This document shows, one piece after another, positions 7,465-15,793 of a stretch of 16,317 nt of DNA (position 1 is its first letter; every line of letters begins with the position of its first letter). Under the pieces are notes generated by a model. That model made no database searches, was not told where the DNA came from, and was given only the letters and a program-made list of their open reading frames with translations. Source of the DNA: an uncultured archaeon (lineage in GTDB: Archaea > Asgardarchaeota > Thorarchaeia > Thorarchaeales > CAZPUN01). Made by a program: the position numbers and the translations under genes. The stretch spans positions 1-16,317 of the forward strand of contig CAZPUN010000063.1 of NCBI GenBank assembly GCA_964589775.1, in the 5' to 3' direction.

Positions 7465-8862
7465 TTGTTTGATGTAGTTATTATTGGAGCAGGCTTTGCA
7501 GGTTTGAGTGCTGGTGCTCTATTGTCTAAGGAACATGATATTGTTGTTCTCGAACGCAATAGTTATGTTGGTGGTCGTGCTGCAACCAGAACTGCCAAGG
7601 AATGGAATTGGGCAGATACGAATGAATACAAATTAGATTTTGGGCATCATGTTTTTGCATCGAATAGTTATATTGAGTATGCAGCTAAATTGACTGGAGC
7701 TACGGACTATTTTTACATGAAATTGATAGACATGCCTTATTTTTATCGATATAAGGGATTTCACAAACCTCCAGTAGGCTTTTTTGAACAGTTAAAAGCA
7801 TATCCTTTTATTCCGTTAACCTCTAAGTTAAAATTAAACAAATTTCTGAGATTTGTTAGCAAAGTATCATATAAGGAAGTAATGGAAAAATGGGCTTATA
7901 GGTCACTTAGAGAACTTTACGATGAGTTCGATTTCGATGATTATGGCCGCGAGCTCTTTACAGATGGCTTTGCAGCGGGCTATCAAACATTGACGGATGT
8001 GAATAGAAATTCTGCAGGTGACCTCATTCTTTGTATGAAAACGTTCCAGAAGGGTGTCAAGGCATATAAAACGCCGTTATTTGGTGCAGAAGGTGGAGTG
8101 GGCGAAATTGCTCGTGCATTTAGAAGAGTAATTGATAATAACAATAATGAAGTTCGTCTAAATACAAACGTAAAAGAGATCATTGTAAAAGATGGAAAAG
8201 TTGTGGGTGTTAAGATAGATGATGAGACTATAGAAACGAAGAGAGTTTTATTCACGGCCCCTGCATATTTTCTATTAAATCTAATTGATAATGATGAACT
8301 CCCATCGGATTTCAAGGAACGTCTTGAAGAAGGCAAAGAAGAAGCAACAGATCTGTTTTTGATTATTGGTGGTGCAAAAAGACCTCTACGGGATAAGCCA
8401 ATTGGAACATGGGTATTGATTCCAAAAAGTGAAGTTAGTCATGTAGATTCTTATTATCTTGTATATGAAGTTGGCAAGCAGATGAAACAGGCTCCTGAAA
8501 ACCGGTATGTCGTAAGCTTTGCTGTTATGCCTAGCAGAGCCGATATGGACCATCCCGAGGGACTGAAAAAACGAATGATAAAAGACATGGAAGAAATATT
8601 TCCAGATTTTGATTTCGAAAAGGATTTCGAGTGGAGTAAAACCGTCTATTTTCCAATTGTAGATGGTATTGGGCGAACAGTTGATTGGTATCATGAGAAA
8701 CGGTTCGGTCCGGAAACGCCTATTGAAGGTCTGTATCTTGCCGGTGATTCTGCATATGAATTGAGTACTGGGGTAGATGGTGTTGTGAGCTCAGCAATTT
8801 TTGCTGTTGAAAAAATGACTGGCAAGAAGCTCATAGATCTTGAAGAATTCTATAAAGTATAG
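7465..8862 (+). CDS. FAD-dependent oxidoreductase, phytoene desaturase/amine oxidase-like family
   Basis: N-terminal Rossmann motif DVVIIGAGFAGL...VLER...VGGR, LDFGHH, GGVGEI, and C-terminal TPIEGLYLAGD. TTG start with GGAG upstream. Substrate unknown. Confidence 0.9.
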   Translation: MFDVVIIGAGFAGLSAGALLSKEHDIVVLERNSYVGGRAATRTAKEWNWADTNEYKLDFGHHVFASNSYIEYAAKLTGATDYFYMKLIDMPYFYRYKGFHKPPVGFFEQLKAYPFIPLTSKLKLNKFLRFVSKVSYKEVMEKWAYRSLRELYDEFDFDDYGRELFTDGFAAGYQTLTDVNRNSAGDLILCMKTFQKGVKAYKTPLFGAEGGVGEIARAFRRVIDNNNNEVRLNTNVKEIIVKDGKVVGVKIDDETIETKRVLFTAPAYFLLNLIDNDELPSDFKERLEEGKEEATDLFLIIGGAKRPLRDKPIGTWVLIPKSEVSHVDSYYLVYEVGKQMKQAPENRYVVSFAVMPSRADMDHPEGLKKRMIKDMEEIFPDFDFEKDFEWSKTVYFPIVDGIGRTVDWYHEKRFGPETPIEGLYLAGDSAYELSTGVDGVVSSAIFAVEKMTGKKLIDLEEFYKV

Positions 8863-10270
8863 AACCGGAGGGTCCGATCTGACCGATAAGCCCACAATTA
8901 CAGATTCACTAATTAATTTGGTAAAACGTGCTATGCATTTTAGAGAATATAGAATTTTCTATCGTTTATGGGTACCAACGGCGGTTCTTATAGGCATCAG
9001 TTGTGGGCTTCTCATGGTAGCATTCGAAGCATTGCTAAATCTTACAACTACCTTTTTTTCTGCATTTCCTCAATTTATTACACCACTTTTCGGAGGTCTA
9101 GTATCCAGTCTTTTTATTTACAAGGGCTATACTGAAATACAAGGTAGCGGTGTATCAAAAGCTATTGAAGCGATTCATAATCCCGAGGAATTACATGCAA
9201 GAACCGGGCTTACAAAGCTTGTAGCTACAGTTTGTTCAATTGGATCTGGATGTCCTGTAGGTCGTGAAGGCCCCGCCATACTTATGGGTGGAGCTATGGG
9301 TGTAACACTCAGCAAGCACTTCAAACAAACAACCCAAGCAAGGCGTCGAGTATTTTTAATGATGGGTGCGGCTGCCTGCACGTCTGCTATTTATAAAGCT
9401 CCTTTGGGCGGTGCGTTGTTTGCCACAGAAGTTCCATTCAAGCGAGATGCATTACAAATCTATTATATTCCTATGATTATATCTTCTATTGTTTCCTATT
9501 TTGTTTTTATATTGTTTTATGGAACGCAGAAGATATTTGCATTTGAAGCTGAAATGATAATAGAAGTAGATCTGTTGCCGAAAATTGTGCTTTTCGCATT
9601 CCTCGCGGGAGGTCTTGGAGTTTTATTCTCTATGGTATTTATGGTGCTTCGAAAGTATTTCCGAACACATATTCCAGACCAATATGACCCATTAATTGGT
9701 ATATCTATCGCATCATTAATGATTTTTCTAACTGTTTTAATTGCACCTGCAGAACTTACTATTGCGGGTCTTGGCTTCTCTTCAATAAACTATATCGCTA
9801 CTAATTCATACCCGATAATTATTCTTCTAATTCTCATGATCACAAAATTAATCGCCTCCGGTTCTAGCGTTGCAGGAAGTGTTAGTGGTGGAGTTATGGC
9901 ACCTGCATTATTTGTTGGAGCATGTTTTGGAGCAATTTTTGGGCAGTTTATGGCTCCTGAGTACATAGATGCGTTTGTTGTTCTTGGAATGGGGTCCGTT
10001 CTTGCAGCTACTACGAAAACACCTGTTGCATCTACTATTTTGATACTCGAACTGACATCTACGTTAACCATGGCGATTCCGTTGGCAATTTCTATAGCAA
10101 TTGCATATTTGGTCAGTGGAGGAAGTACTCTTTATGAAAGTCAACGATTGAGTCGTGAAGAAGCTGAATTTGAAATTGGAAATATAAATGCTAAAGAAAC
10201 AGTAAATAAGAATTATAACAAGATAAATATAAAAAAAGAAGAAAATGAGCGCTCAAAAGATCTTAACTAG
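8840..10270 (+). CDS. CLC-family chloride channel/transporter without CBS domains
   Basis: CLC signatures GSGVS, GREGP (gating Glu present), APLGGALFATE, SGGVMAP and C-terminal LYESQ; many hydrophobic helices. Start uncertain (TTG 8840, CTG 8879 or ATG 8933). Confidence 0.93.
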   Translation: MKNSIKYRTGGSDLTDKPTITDSLINLVKRAMHFREYRIFYRLWVPTAVLIGISCGLLMVAFEALLNLTTTFFSAFPQFITPLFGGLVSSLFIYKGYTEIQGSGVSKAIEAIHNPEELHARTGLTKLVATVCSIGSGCPVGREGPAILMGGAMGVTLSKHFKQTTQARRRVFLMMGAAACTSAIYKAPLGGALFATEVPFKRDALQIYYIPMIISSIVSYFVFILFYGTQKIFAFEAEMIIEVDLLPKIVLFAFLAGGLGVLFSMVFMVLRKYFRTHIPDQYDPLIGISIASLMIFLTVLIAPAELTIAGLGFSSINYIATNSYPIIILLILMITKLIASGSSVAGSVSGGVMAPALFVGACFGAIFGQFMAPEYIDAFVVLGMGSVLAATTKTPVASTILILELTSTLTMAIPLAISIAIAYLVSGGSTLYESQRLSREEAEFEIGNINAKETVNKNYNKINIKKEENERSKDLN

Positions 10271-11317
10271 TAAATTATTGATATTTTGTGTGAAGACTGA
10301 TGATAATTTATCGGATTCAATCTCGGATTTATATTCAGTCTCAATGTTCTTTATGAGGCGTCTCAGATTATGTCGTAATACCAAGGATTCCTCAAATGTT
10401 ATTAATATTCCAATAATAGATTCCCCATATTCCAGAAGGATCTTATTCTCTTCATAGTCAATTCGGTTTAATCCTGTTTTTGTATGCATAATCTCTGAAA
10501 GAAGTGATATAATGCCAGAAATTGCACCTGAAACTAAAATTGGATCGAGTTCGCTCGAAACTTTTTCAAATTCATGAGTATAAATTGTTGTACTGTCACT
10601 TTTCAAAATAATCAATGTTAGAGGTCTTGCTGAGCTTATATATAAAACTCGATAGTTCTTTGAAATCGCAAAGGCAACGAGTAAAACACCAAGAGCATTC
10701 AGAATCAGCCATGAAAACCTTACTAAGTATGGAAGATGAATTAGATTTGAACCAAGTCCCCACGCGCCACTTAGAAAGAATAGAATTGTACCACCCATAA
10801 ACATGTATAACGATTTTACTTCCTCTGGTTTGCTTAATTTTGTTATTCTAATCATTCTTATTATGTAATATGAGATTTCAGACAGTGCAAGTAGGAGTGC
10901 AAGAACTTCAAAGACATACATAATCTTTTCAATGATTGTATATTTAAGATACGGAAACATGATTGATGCTCCAATAAGTATGAATAACAGGTAGTGTCGA
11001 ATATCCAAAGTAGTCTGTTTAGAATATGTAACCGCAAGGTACCACAACATTACTCCAAGAGGGATCAAGAAGGAATTCGTAATAGTCGTGATCCATTCAA
11101 TTTCTCCTTCAATTGTAATTGTGAAATCTCCAAACATGTCAATTGTCATTATAGATATTAAAATCGCAGTTACCATGAACGAACTGGCATATAGTAAAAT
11201 TGAGATATATCGCTTCTCGAAATATACCCGAAATGATTTATATGATGCGAATGATAACATTCCTATTGCTATAAAGTGCAAAATCGTAACTATTTGCATT
11301 TCGAATTCTGTCGCCAA
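10253..11317 (-). CDS. Membrane protein with ~7 TM helices and a C-terminal cytoplasmic longin-like domain (Asgard-type)
   Basis: About seven hydrophobic segments in residues ~5-220. They are followed by LIILKSDSTTIYTHEF...DPILVSGAISGIISLLSEI...LNRIDY...ILLEYG..IIGILI...S..LR..L...E..Y, which matches the beta-beta-alpha-beta-beta-beta-alpha pattern of Asgard longin-like domains. The 3' end overlaps the CLC gene by 18 nt. Confidence 0.75.
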   Translation of the reverse strand: MATEFEMQIVTILHFIAIGMLSFASYKSFRVYFEKRYISILLYASSFMVTAILISIMTIDMFGDFTITIEGEIEWITTITNSFLIPLGVMLWYLAVTYSKQTTLDIRHYLLFILIGASIMFPYLKYTIIEKIMYVFEVLALLLALSEISYYIIRMIRITKLSKPEEVKSLYMFMGGTILFFLSGAWGLGSNLIHLPYLVRFSWLILNALGVLLVAFAISKNYRVLYISSARPLTLIILKSDSTTIYTHEFEKVSSELDPILVSGAISGIISLLSEIMHTKTGLNRIDYEENKILLEYGESIIGILITFEESLVLRHNLRRLIKNIETEYKSEIESDKLSSVFTQNINNLLVKIF

Positions 11318-11498
11318 ATTTTTTCACATTCCTTTTTGTTTTGTCGACAATTATATTTTATCTAATTACCGCAATATAAGATTTCACGTTAACTTTTGTT
11401 CGTTTTTTTAAAAATCTATAAATGATTTGAGAAAATTAAATATGAACATGAAAAATATTAACTGATAAATACATATACTAAATTGAATTTTGAGTGAT

Positions 11499-11521
11499 AA
11501 AAAGAGAAAAAGAAACGAAAA
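11499..11521 (-). terminator. Putative oligo-T archaeal terminator after the oligoendopeptidase gene
   Basis: Minus-strand T-rich tract (TTTTCGTTTCTTTTTCTCTTTTT) immediately after the stop at 11524. Confidence 0.4.
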
Positions 11522-11523
11522 CT

Positions 11524-13302
11524 CTATTTCGTGAGTTTCTCAAGTTCTTTTAGAAGTGATTCTGCTTGCTTAATGCCAGCTTTCCAAAAGTTAGGGTCTG
11601 CCACATCAAATCCAATTTCAAGAGCGAGATCTCTTGGTGATTTCGAGCTGCCTGCTGCGAGAATTTTCTTGAGTTTTGGAACGAATTCTTTGCCTTCTTC
11701 TTTATATTTCTGATATAGTGCAAATACGAATAATTGAGCATATACATAGGGATAATTGTAGAATCTGAATCGTGGAATGTAATAATGCATTTTCATTGTC
11801 CATTCCCATTTCATTTCCGGTAACCATTCAACAGCATCGCCATAGATTGTATCTCTTGCTTTGACCCATAGTTCAGATATCTTTTCGCCGTCGAGGAATT
11901 CTCCTTTTGCAATAGCATCATAAAGACTCTGTTCAAATAGAACTCTTGCAGAAACTTGGAAAGCAGCCATGCCAAATTCGTCGAGTACATGACATAAAAT
12001 GGCTACTTTTTCTTTATCGTCTTTAGCGTTTGCGAGAAGCAGATCTGTAAGCAGTAACTCACCTGTGATCGAGCCGGTTTCAGCAATACATGCACCTGGT
12101 TCACAGTTAGTTGGTACCTGATTTCTTGACATCAAATAGTCATGCATAGCATGTCCGTTTTCATGAGCAAGAGTATATACATCTCCAAGTTTTCCTGTGA
12201 AGCTAAGAAGAATCCATGCACTCTTACCAGACAACCATGGTGCGCACCATGCACCTGATTCCTTACCGACACGAACTGCTCCATCAATGTGACGCTTTTC
12301 AAACATTTCTTTAATCCATTTGCCGAATTCTTCATCGAAGCTTGCATATGCGTTCTCTACAAATTCTCGAGCTTTCTTCCAATCAAATGTGATTTCAGAA
12401 TCGGGTAATGGTGCGACTATGTCCCAATTTCCGAGTTTCTTAAGGCCTAAGAGTTTTGCCTTTAATTTCAAATATTTGCGATAAAATCCTACGTTATCGA
12501 GAATTGTCTTGATGAGGCTATCGATGGTTTCTTGATCAACATCATTTGCCAATAGACTTGGAAACATCGGTGATGGATATCCTCGACGCTTTACTTGCAT
12601 CATGTGGTCTGAACAGACTGAGCGAAGTGCTGAGGACCATATAATATGATCTTCACCTAACTTTTTGTAGACAGTACTGTACGCACGTTTTCTTAAGTCT
12701 CTGTCTGGATGCATGTAATAACCTATAATTTCCCCATATGGCAGAACTTTCTTTTCTCCATCAATTTCAATCTCAAATGTTCGTGTTGCAAGCCATTGAG
12801 ACTGCAATTGAGACCATGCATCTATACCGAATCTGTCCTTTTCAATAATGAGTTGCTCTTCAACTTCACTCAGTTGATATGGTACTTGCTTTGCTATTTT
12901 CTCTAAATAATGCTTGTACTCAGAAAGTACTGGGTCTTCTATGATTTTTGGATTTGTTTTGAGCAACTCTCCAAGTTCAAGTTCAAAGAAAGTTGTTAGT
13001 TGTCCTATTTTCATCATGGCATTACTTGCATAATCATGAAGGTCTTTACCCACTGGATCAGTTTGATTTGCAGCATATCTGAAATGAGAATACAAAAATG
13101 GATTCTCATACTCTAATTGCATCTGATCTGATTCTTTCAATATAGTTAACAAAAATTCAGCTGTGGCTTCTTTGACCTTTCCCTTGTATTTAGAATTAAA
13201 TTCTTTTGCCTTTTCGACAGCCTTGTCGATGGCTGACTTTATCCATTTCGGATCTTCTTTCTCAACGAGAACCGTAAGATCCCAGACGTTTTCATCAGTC
13301 AT
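11524..13302 (-). CDS. pepF: M3B-family oligoendopeptidase F
   Basis: N-terminal WDL, GKESGAWC, zinc motif TLAHENGHAMH (HExxH), IAETGS third-ligand Glu, and HYY...FYNYPY; 592 aa is typical for the family. Confidence 0.95.
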   Translation of the reverse strand: MTDENVWDLTVLVEKEDPKWIKSAIDKAVEKAKEFNSKYKGKVKEATAEFLLTILKESDQMQLEYENPFLYSHFRYAANQTDPVGKDLHDYASNAMMKIGQLTTFFELELGELLKTNPKIIEDPVLSEYKHYLEKIAKQVPYQLSEVEEQLIIEKDRFGIDAWSQLQSQWLATRTFEIEIDGEKKVLPYGEIIGYYMHPDRDLRKRAYSTVYKKLGEDHIIWSSALRSVCSDHMMQVKRRGYPSPMFPSLLANDVDQETIDSLIKTILDNVGFYRKYLKLKAKLLGLKKLGNWDIVAPLPDSEITFDWKKAREFVENAYASFDEEFGKWIKEMFEKRHIDGAVRVGKESGAWCAPWLSGKSAWILLSFTGKLGDVYTLAHENGHAMHDYLMSRNQVPTNCEPGACIAETGSITGELLLTDLLLANAKDDKEKVAILCHVLDEFGMAAFQVSARVLFEQSLYDAIAKGEFLDGEKISELWVKARDTIYGDAVEWLPEMKWEWTMKMHYYIPRFRFYNYPYVYAQLFVFALYQKYKEEGKEFVPKLKKILAAGSSKSPRDLALEIGFDVADPNFWKAGIKQAESLLKELEKLTK

Positions 13303-13679
13303 TTGAAACCCCTACGCATATGGAATTAAAACCAAAATAAAAGCCATTTGTCTTATGCAATATTGTTGATGGTTTTTTGTTTGATTTTGTTGGTATATGT
13401 TCAAAAATTTTTATTAAAGAAAAGAAAAAATCCAAAATATTTTTGTATTTTAGATGAAAAAATAACATATTTTGACACGGTGCGTAAATTTCTATATAAT
13501 CAAGCACGTATGGTACGATATATATAATCTTGTGAACATTTTCATGTTTGAGAAGAGTTAATCGATAATATTTCGGATTTATATTTAAAATAAATAATAT
13601 GTTATAAAACATAATGTATAGTAATTTAAATACCCGAGCCCATAAATTATATGAAATATTTCGTGGAGAATGTGCATAA
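13303..13679. promoter_or_regulatory. Divergent AT-rich promoter region between pepF and the wHTH gene
   Basis: 377-nt very AT-rich spacer between divergent genes. TATA-like TTTAAATA at 13625-13632, palindrome GAAATATTTC at 13653-13662, and a GTGGAG RBS-like motif before ATG 13680. Confidence 0.5.
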
Positions 13680-14141
13680 ATGGCAAATTCTACTGAGAAT
13701 TACCTTTCAAACAATGAGAAAACAATAGAAGAGATAAAATCAGAGTTAAAATCAGTATCACAACGCCTTAACAAAATTGAGAGCATTCTTTCTGAAATTT
13801 TACCACAATTACAAGAATTCTCAAGATCTGCGAAAATACTACAGAGAGGATTCAAATTTTATGAGTCTGTGTTAGGCGCAATTGAAAAGTTGCGGAGTGT
13901 TGCTTACATCGAGGATGAATATCCCGAGTTAAAATCAGATCCTATTTCTTTAGAAATCATAAAATCACTTGAACAATATGGAGCTTTGAATATCAGTCAA
14001 CTTACTCGATATGTTCGTATGGCACGTGGAACTGCATCTCGTAGAATAATTCGAGAACGAATTAAAAAGTTGATATCTATGGGAATTATTGAAATTGCAT
14101 ATGAAGATGAAAAAGCAAAATATTATCGATTGGCAGTTTAG
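13680..14141 (+). CDS. Winged helix-turn-helix transcription regulator with an N-terminal coiled coil
   Basis: Heptad-like IEEIKSELKSVSQRLNKIESIL. C-terminal wHTH PISLEIIKSL...GALNISQLTR...SRRIIRERIKKL..MGII...KYYRL. Confidence 0.8.
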   Translation: MANSTENYLSNNEKTIEEIKSELKSVSQRLNKIESILSEILPQLQEFSRSAKILQRGFKFYESVLGAIEKLRSVAYIEDEYPELKSDPISLEIIKSLEQYGALNISQLTRYVRMARGTASRRIIRERIKKLISMGIIEIAYEDEKAKYYRLAV

Positions 14142-14258
14142 AAGAAATCTAAACATTTTCTGGGCACACTTACAATGTTTCTGGTCATTTATCTGGTCAA
14201 AAGTTTCCAGAAATCCCAAATGCAGTGCTCAGACAATATATTATGTGAGGTGAAATGA

Positions 14259-14615
14259 ATGGCTGAGACAAGTCATAGAAAAGATAAGAAAATGACTGAT
14301 GCTGAAGAGATTCGAGAAATTCTCACTGCAGTATCAGATTCAATTCCCCAATTGATTTCAAGTCTATTTGAGTCTATCTTCAATGAAAAGTCAGCAACAA
14401 ATCTTGCAATATCTATCGGAACTCTATATTCTAAACTAAAGGAACAAGGTCTTCCTGAAGATATGATTCGGGAAATTGTAAATAAGTATATTGCATTAAT
14501 TCCAAGCGATTTAGGTGATTTACTGAGTGAAGCTCAAAAAAGTGGTCATGGTGGCAAGAAATCACATCATAAAGAGCCTAAAGATAAAACTCAGAACGAC
14601 AATGCTACAAATTAA
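14259..14615 (+). CDS. Hypothetical helical protein with a His/Lys-rich tail
   Basis: GAGGTGA RBS at 14247-14253; amphipathic helices; motif LYSKLKEQGLPEDMIREIVNKY. Confidence 0.8.
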   Translation: MAETSHRKDKKMTDAEEIREILTAVSDSIPQLISSLFESIFNEKSATNLAISIGTLYSKLKEQGLPEDMIREIVNKYIALIPSDLGDLLSEAQKSGHGGKKSHHKEPKDKTQNDNATN

Positions 14616-14634
14616 ACTAAGGTGGTTTAGATAA

Positions 14635-14862
14635 ATGGAAGCTCTTAAAATTGTACTAGTCTCTGCAGTAAATCTCTCAAAAATTACAATCAAGAGTTTA
14701 TGGCAAATTCAGAAGGGCAAAAAGAAAGCTAAGAGAGCTTCCAAAATTTTTGAACAGAAACTGATCACTATGGGTGTCGATAAATCTGCAGCAAAAGAAT
14801 TCGCCAAAAAATATCGAGAAATATCTAAATCGATCTCGTTGTCAAAACTCTTGAATCTTTAA
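14635..14862 (+). CDS. Small basic hypothetical protein
   Basis: AGGTGG RBS-like motif, 19 nt after the previous stop. Shares the KLxxxG...E...KY motif with the upstream protein. A T-tract follows the stop. Confidence 0.72.
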   Translation: MEALKIVLVSAVNLSKITIKSLWQIQKGKKKAKRASKIFEQKLITMGVDKSAAKEFAKKYREISKSISLSKLLNL

Positions 14863-14869
14863 AATCTCA

Positions 14870-14886
14870 TTTTTTATTTTTTTATT
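14870..14886 (+). terminator. Putative oligo-T terminator
   Basis: T-run (TTTTTTATTTTTTTATT) just after the stop at 14862. Confidence 0.45.
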
Positions 14887-14977
14887 ACATCCCAATAATT
14901 TATTTAAGATGCTGCTAATATTTAAAACATAGACCTTGCTAATATTGATTTTTATTGGCTTTGATGAGGAATTTTCA

Positions 14978-15439
14978 ATGAACGTTGCAATTGTTTGGGA
15001 TACAAAACGGGAAAACAAAGCTACGCACCAAATGGTACTATGGCTTAGTGAGTTTCTAAGCAATATGGGAATTCACGTAGAAACATTTAGACCTGCAGAA
15101 TTTCAGAATCAAAATTTTGACTTGATCGTAATTGGGACTCCTATATATTATGAGAAACCCATGAAGTCGATACTAACATTTCTTGAATCACATAAAAGTG
15201 ATCTGAAAAATAAGAAAATTGCTCTCTTCATACTTGGTTGGGCAAATAAATCTAAGCGATTTGATGGATATGTTAAACGAAAGTATATAGCTCCCTTGAT
15301 AGAAAAAATCTCAGGGACTATAATTGAGCCTGTGGGACGATTTCGTGGCTGGATACGTAAGCTTGATAATTCACAAAAAGAAGAAATCGAGACGTGGATT
15401 CAGGATATCTTAGATCAAATAGCAATTCAAGAATCTTGA
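14978..15439 (+). CDS. Flavodoxin-like domain protein (Flavodoxin_5/HemG-like)
   Basis: MNVAIVWDT...FDLIVIGTPIY...FL......LKNKKIALF...FRG...IETW matches the flavodoxin fold. ATG 14978 with GAGGA at 14966-14970 is preferred over the track's TTG at 14936. Confidence 0.85.
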   Translation: MNVAIVWDTKRENKATHQMVLWLSEFLSNMGIHVETFRPAEFQNQNFDLIVIGTPIYYEKPMKSILTFLESHKSDLKNKKIALFILGWANKSKRFDGYVKRKYIAPLIEKISGTIIEPVGRFRGWIRKLDNSQKEEIETWIQDILDQIAIQES

Positions 15440-15793
15440 ATTTGTTCTTAAAATATGTGGTTCGATTTAGTTTAGTTTTTATCATAACAAAATCAATTTA
15501 ACTTAACTTTACAGCCAGCAATGGCTCGAATTGGCAAATTTTGCTTTAGAATTATATGGACCTTCTTTGTGATAAGAATGAAGCAATTCGTGATTAGAAA
15601 TATGAACCGATAGTAATAGTGTTGAATATAGTCCTTGATAGATTTGAAAACTAAGTATTTTTGTGTCAATTAAGACTTATATCTATATATGGAAATCTTT
15701 TGACAAGCCGTATATCTTGATTCTTCGAAAACCATGAAGATCTTACTGGAGTGGCTGCCTCCAGCTGTGTATTACTTGATAAACTGATGCTCG

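Noticed and set aside
7465-8862. Specific assignment as crtI or a Rab-GDI-like protein
   Set aside because: Only the general FAD-binding family motifs are recognisable, and no carotenoid or GTPase genes lie nearby.
13295-13612. 105-aa minus-strand ORF upstream of pepF
   Set aside because: The composition is low-complexity I/F/K/Y/N, typical of AT-rich non-coding DNA, and it occupies the divergent promoter region.
1178-15063. Short ORFs antisense to or nested in the main genes (e.g. 1178-1405, 3987-4256, 6166-6360, 7983-8336, 11088-11411, 13965-14219, 14842-15063)
   Set aside because: They are shadow ORFs overlapping well-supported genes and have no recognisable motifs.
15440-15793. SECIS element, tRNA or ncRNA in the convergent gap
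   Set aside because: There is no cloverleaf or convincing SECIS core. No neighbouring gene shows a plausible in-frame Sec UGA, and the flavodoxin TGA falls at the natural end of the domain.
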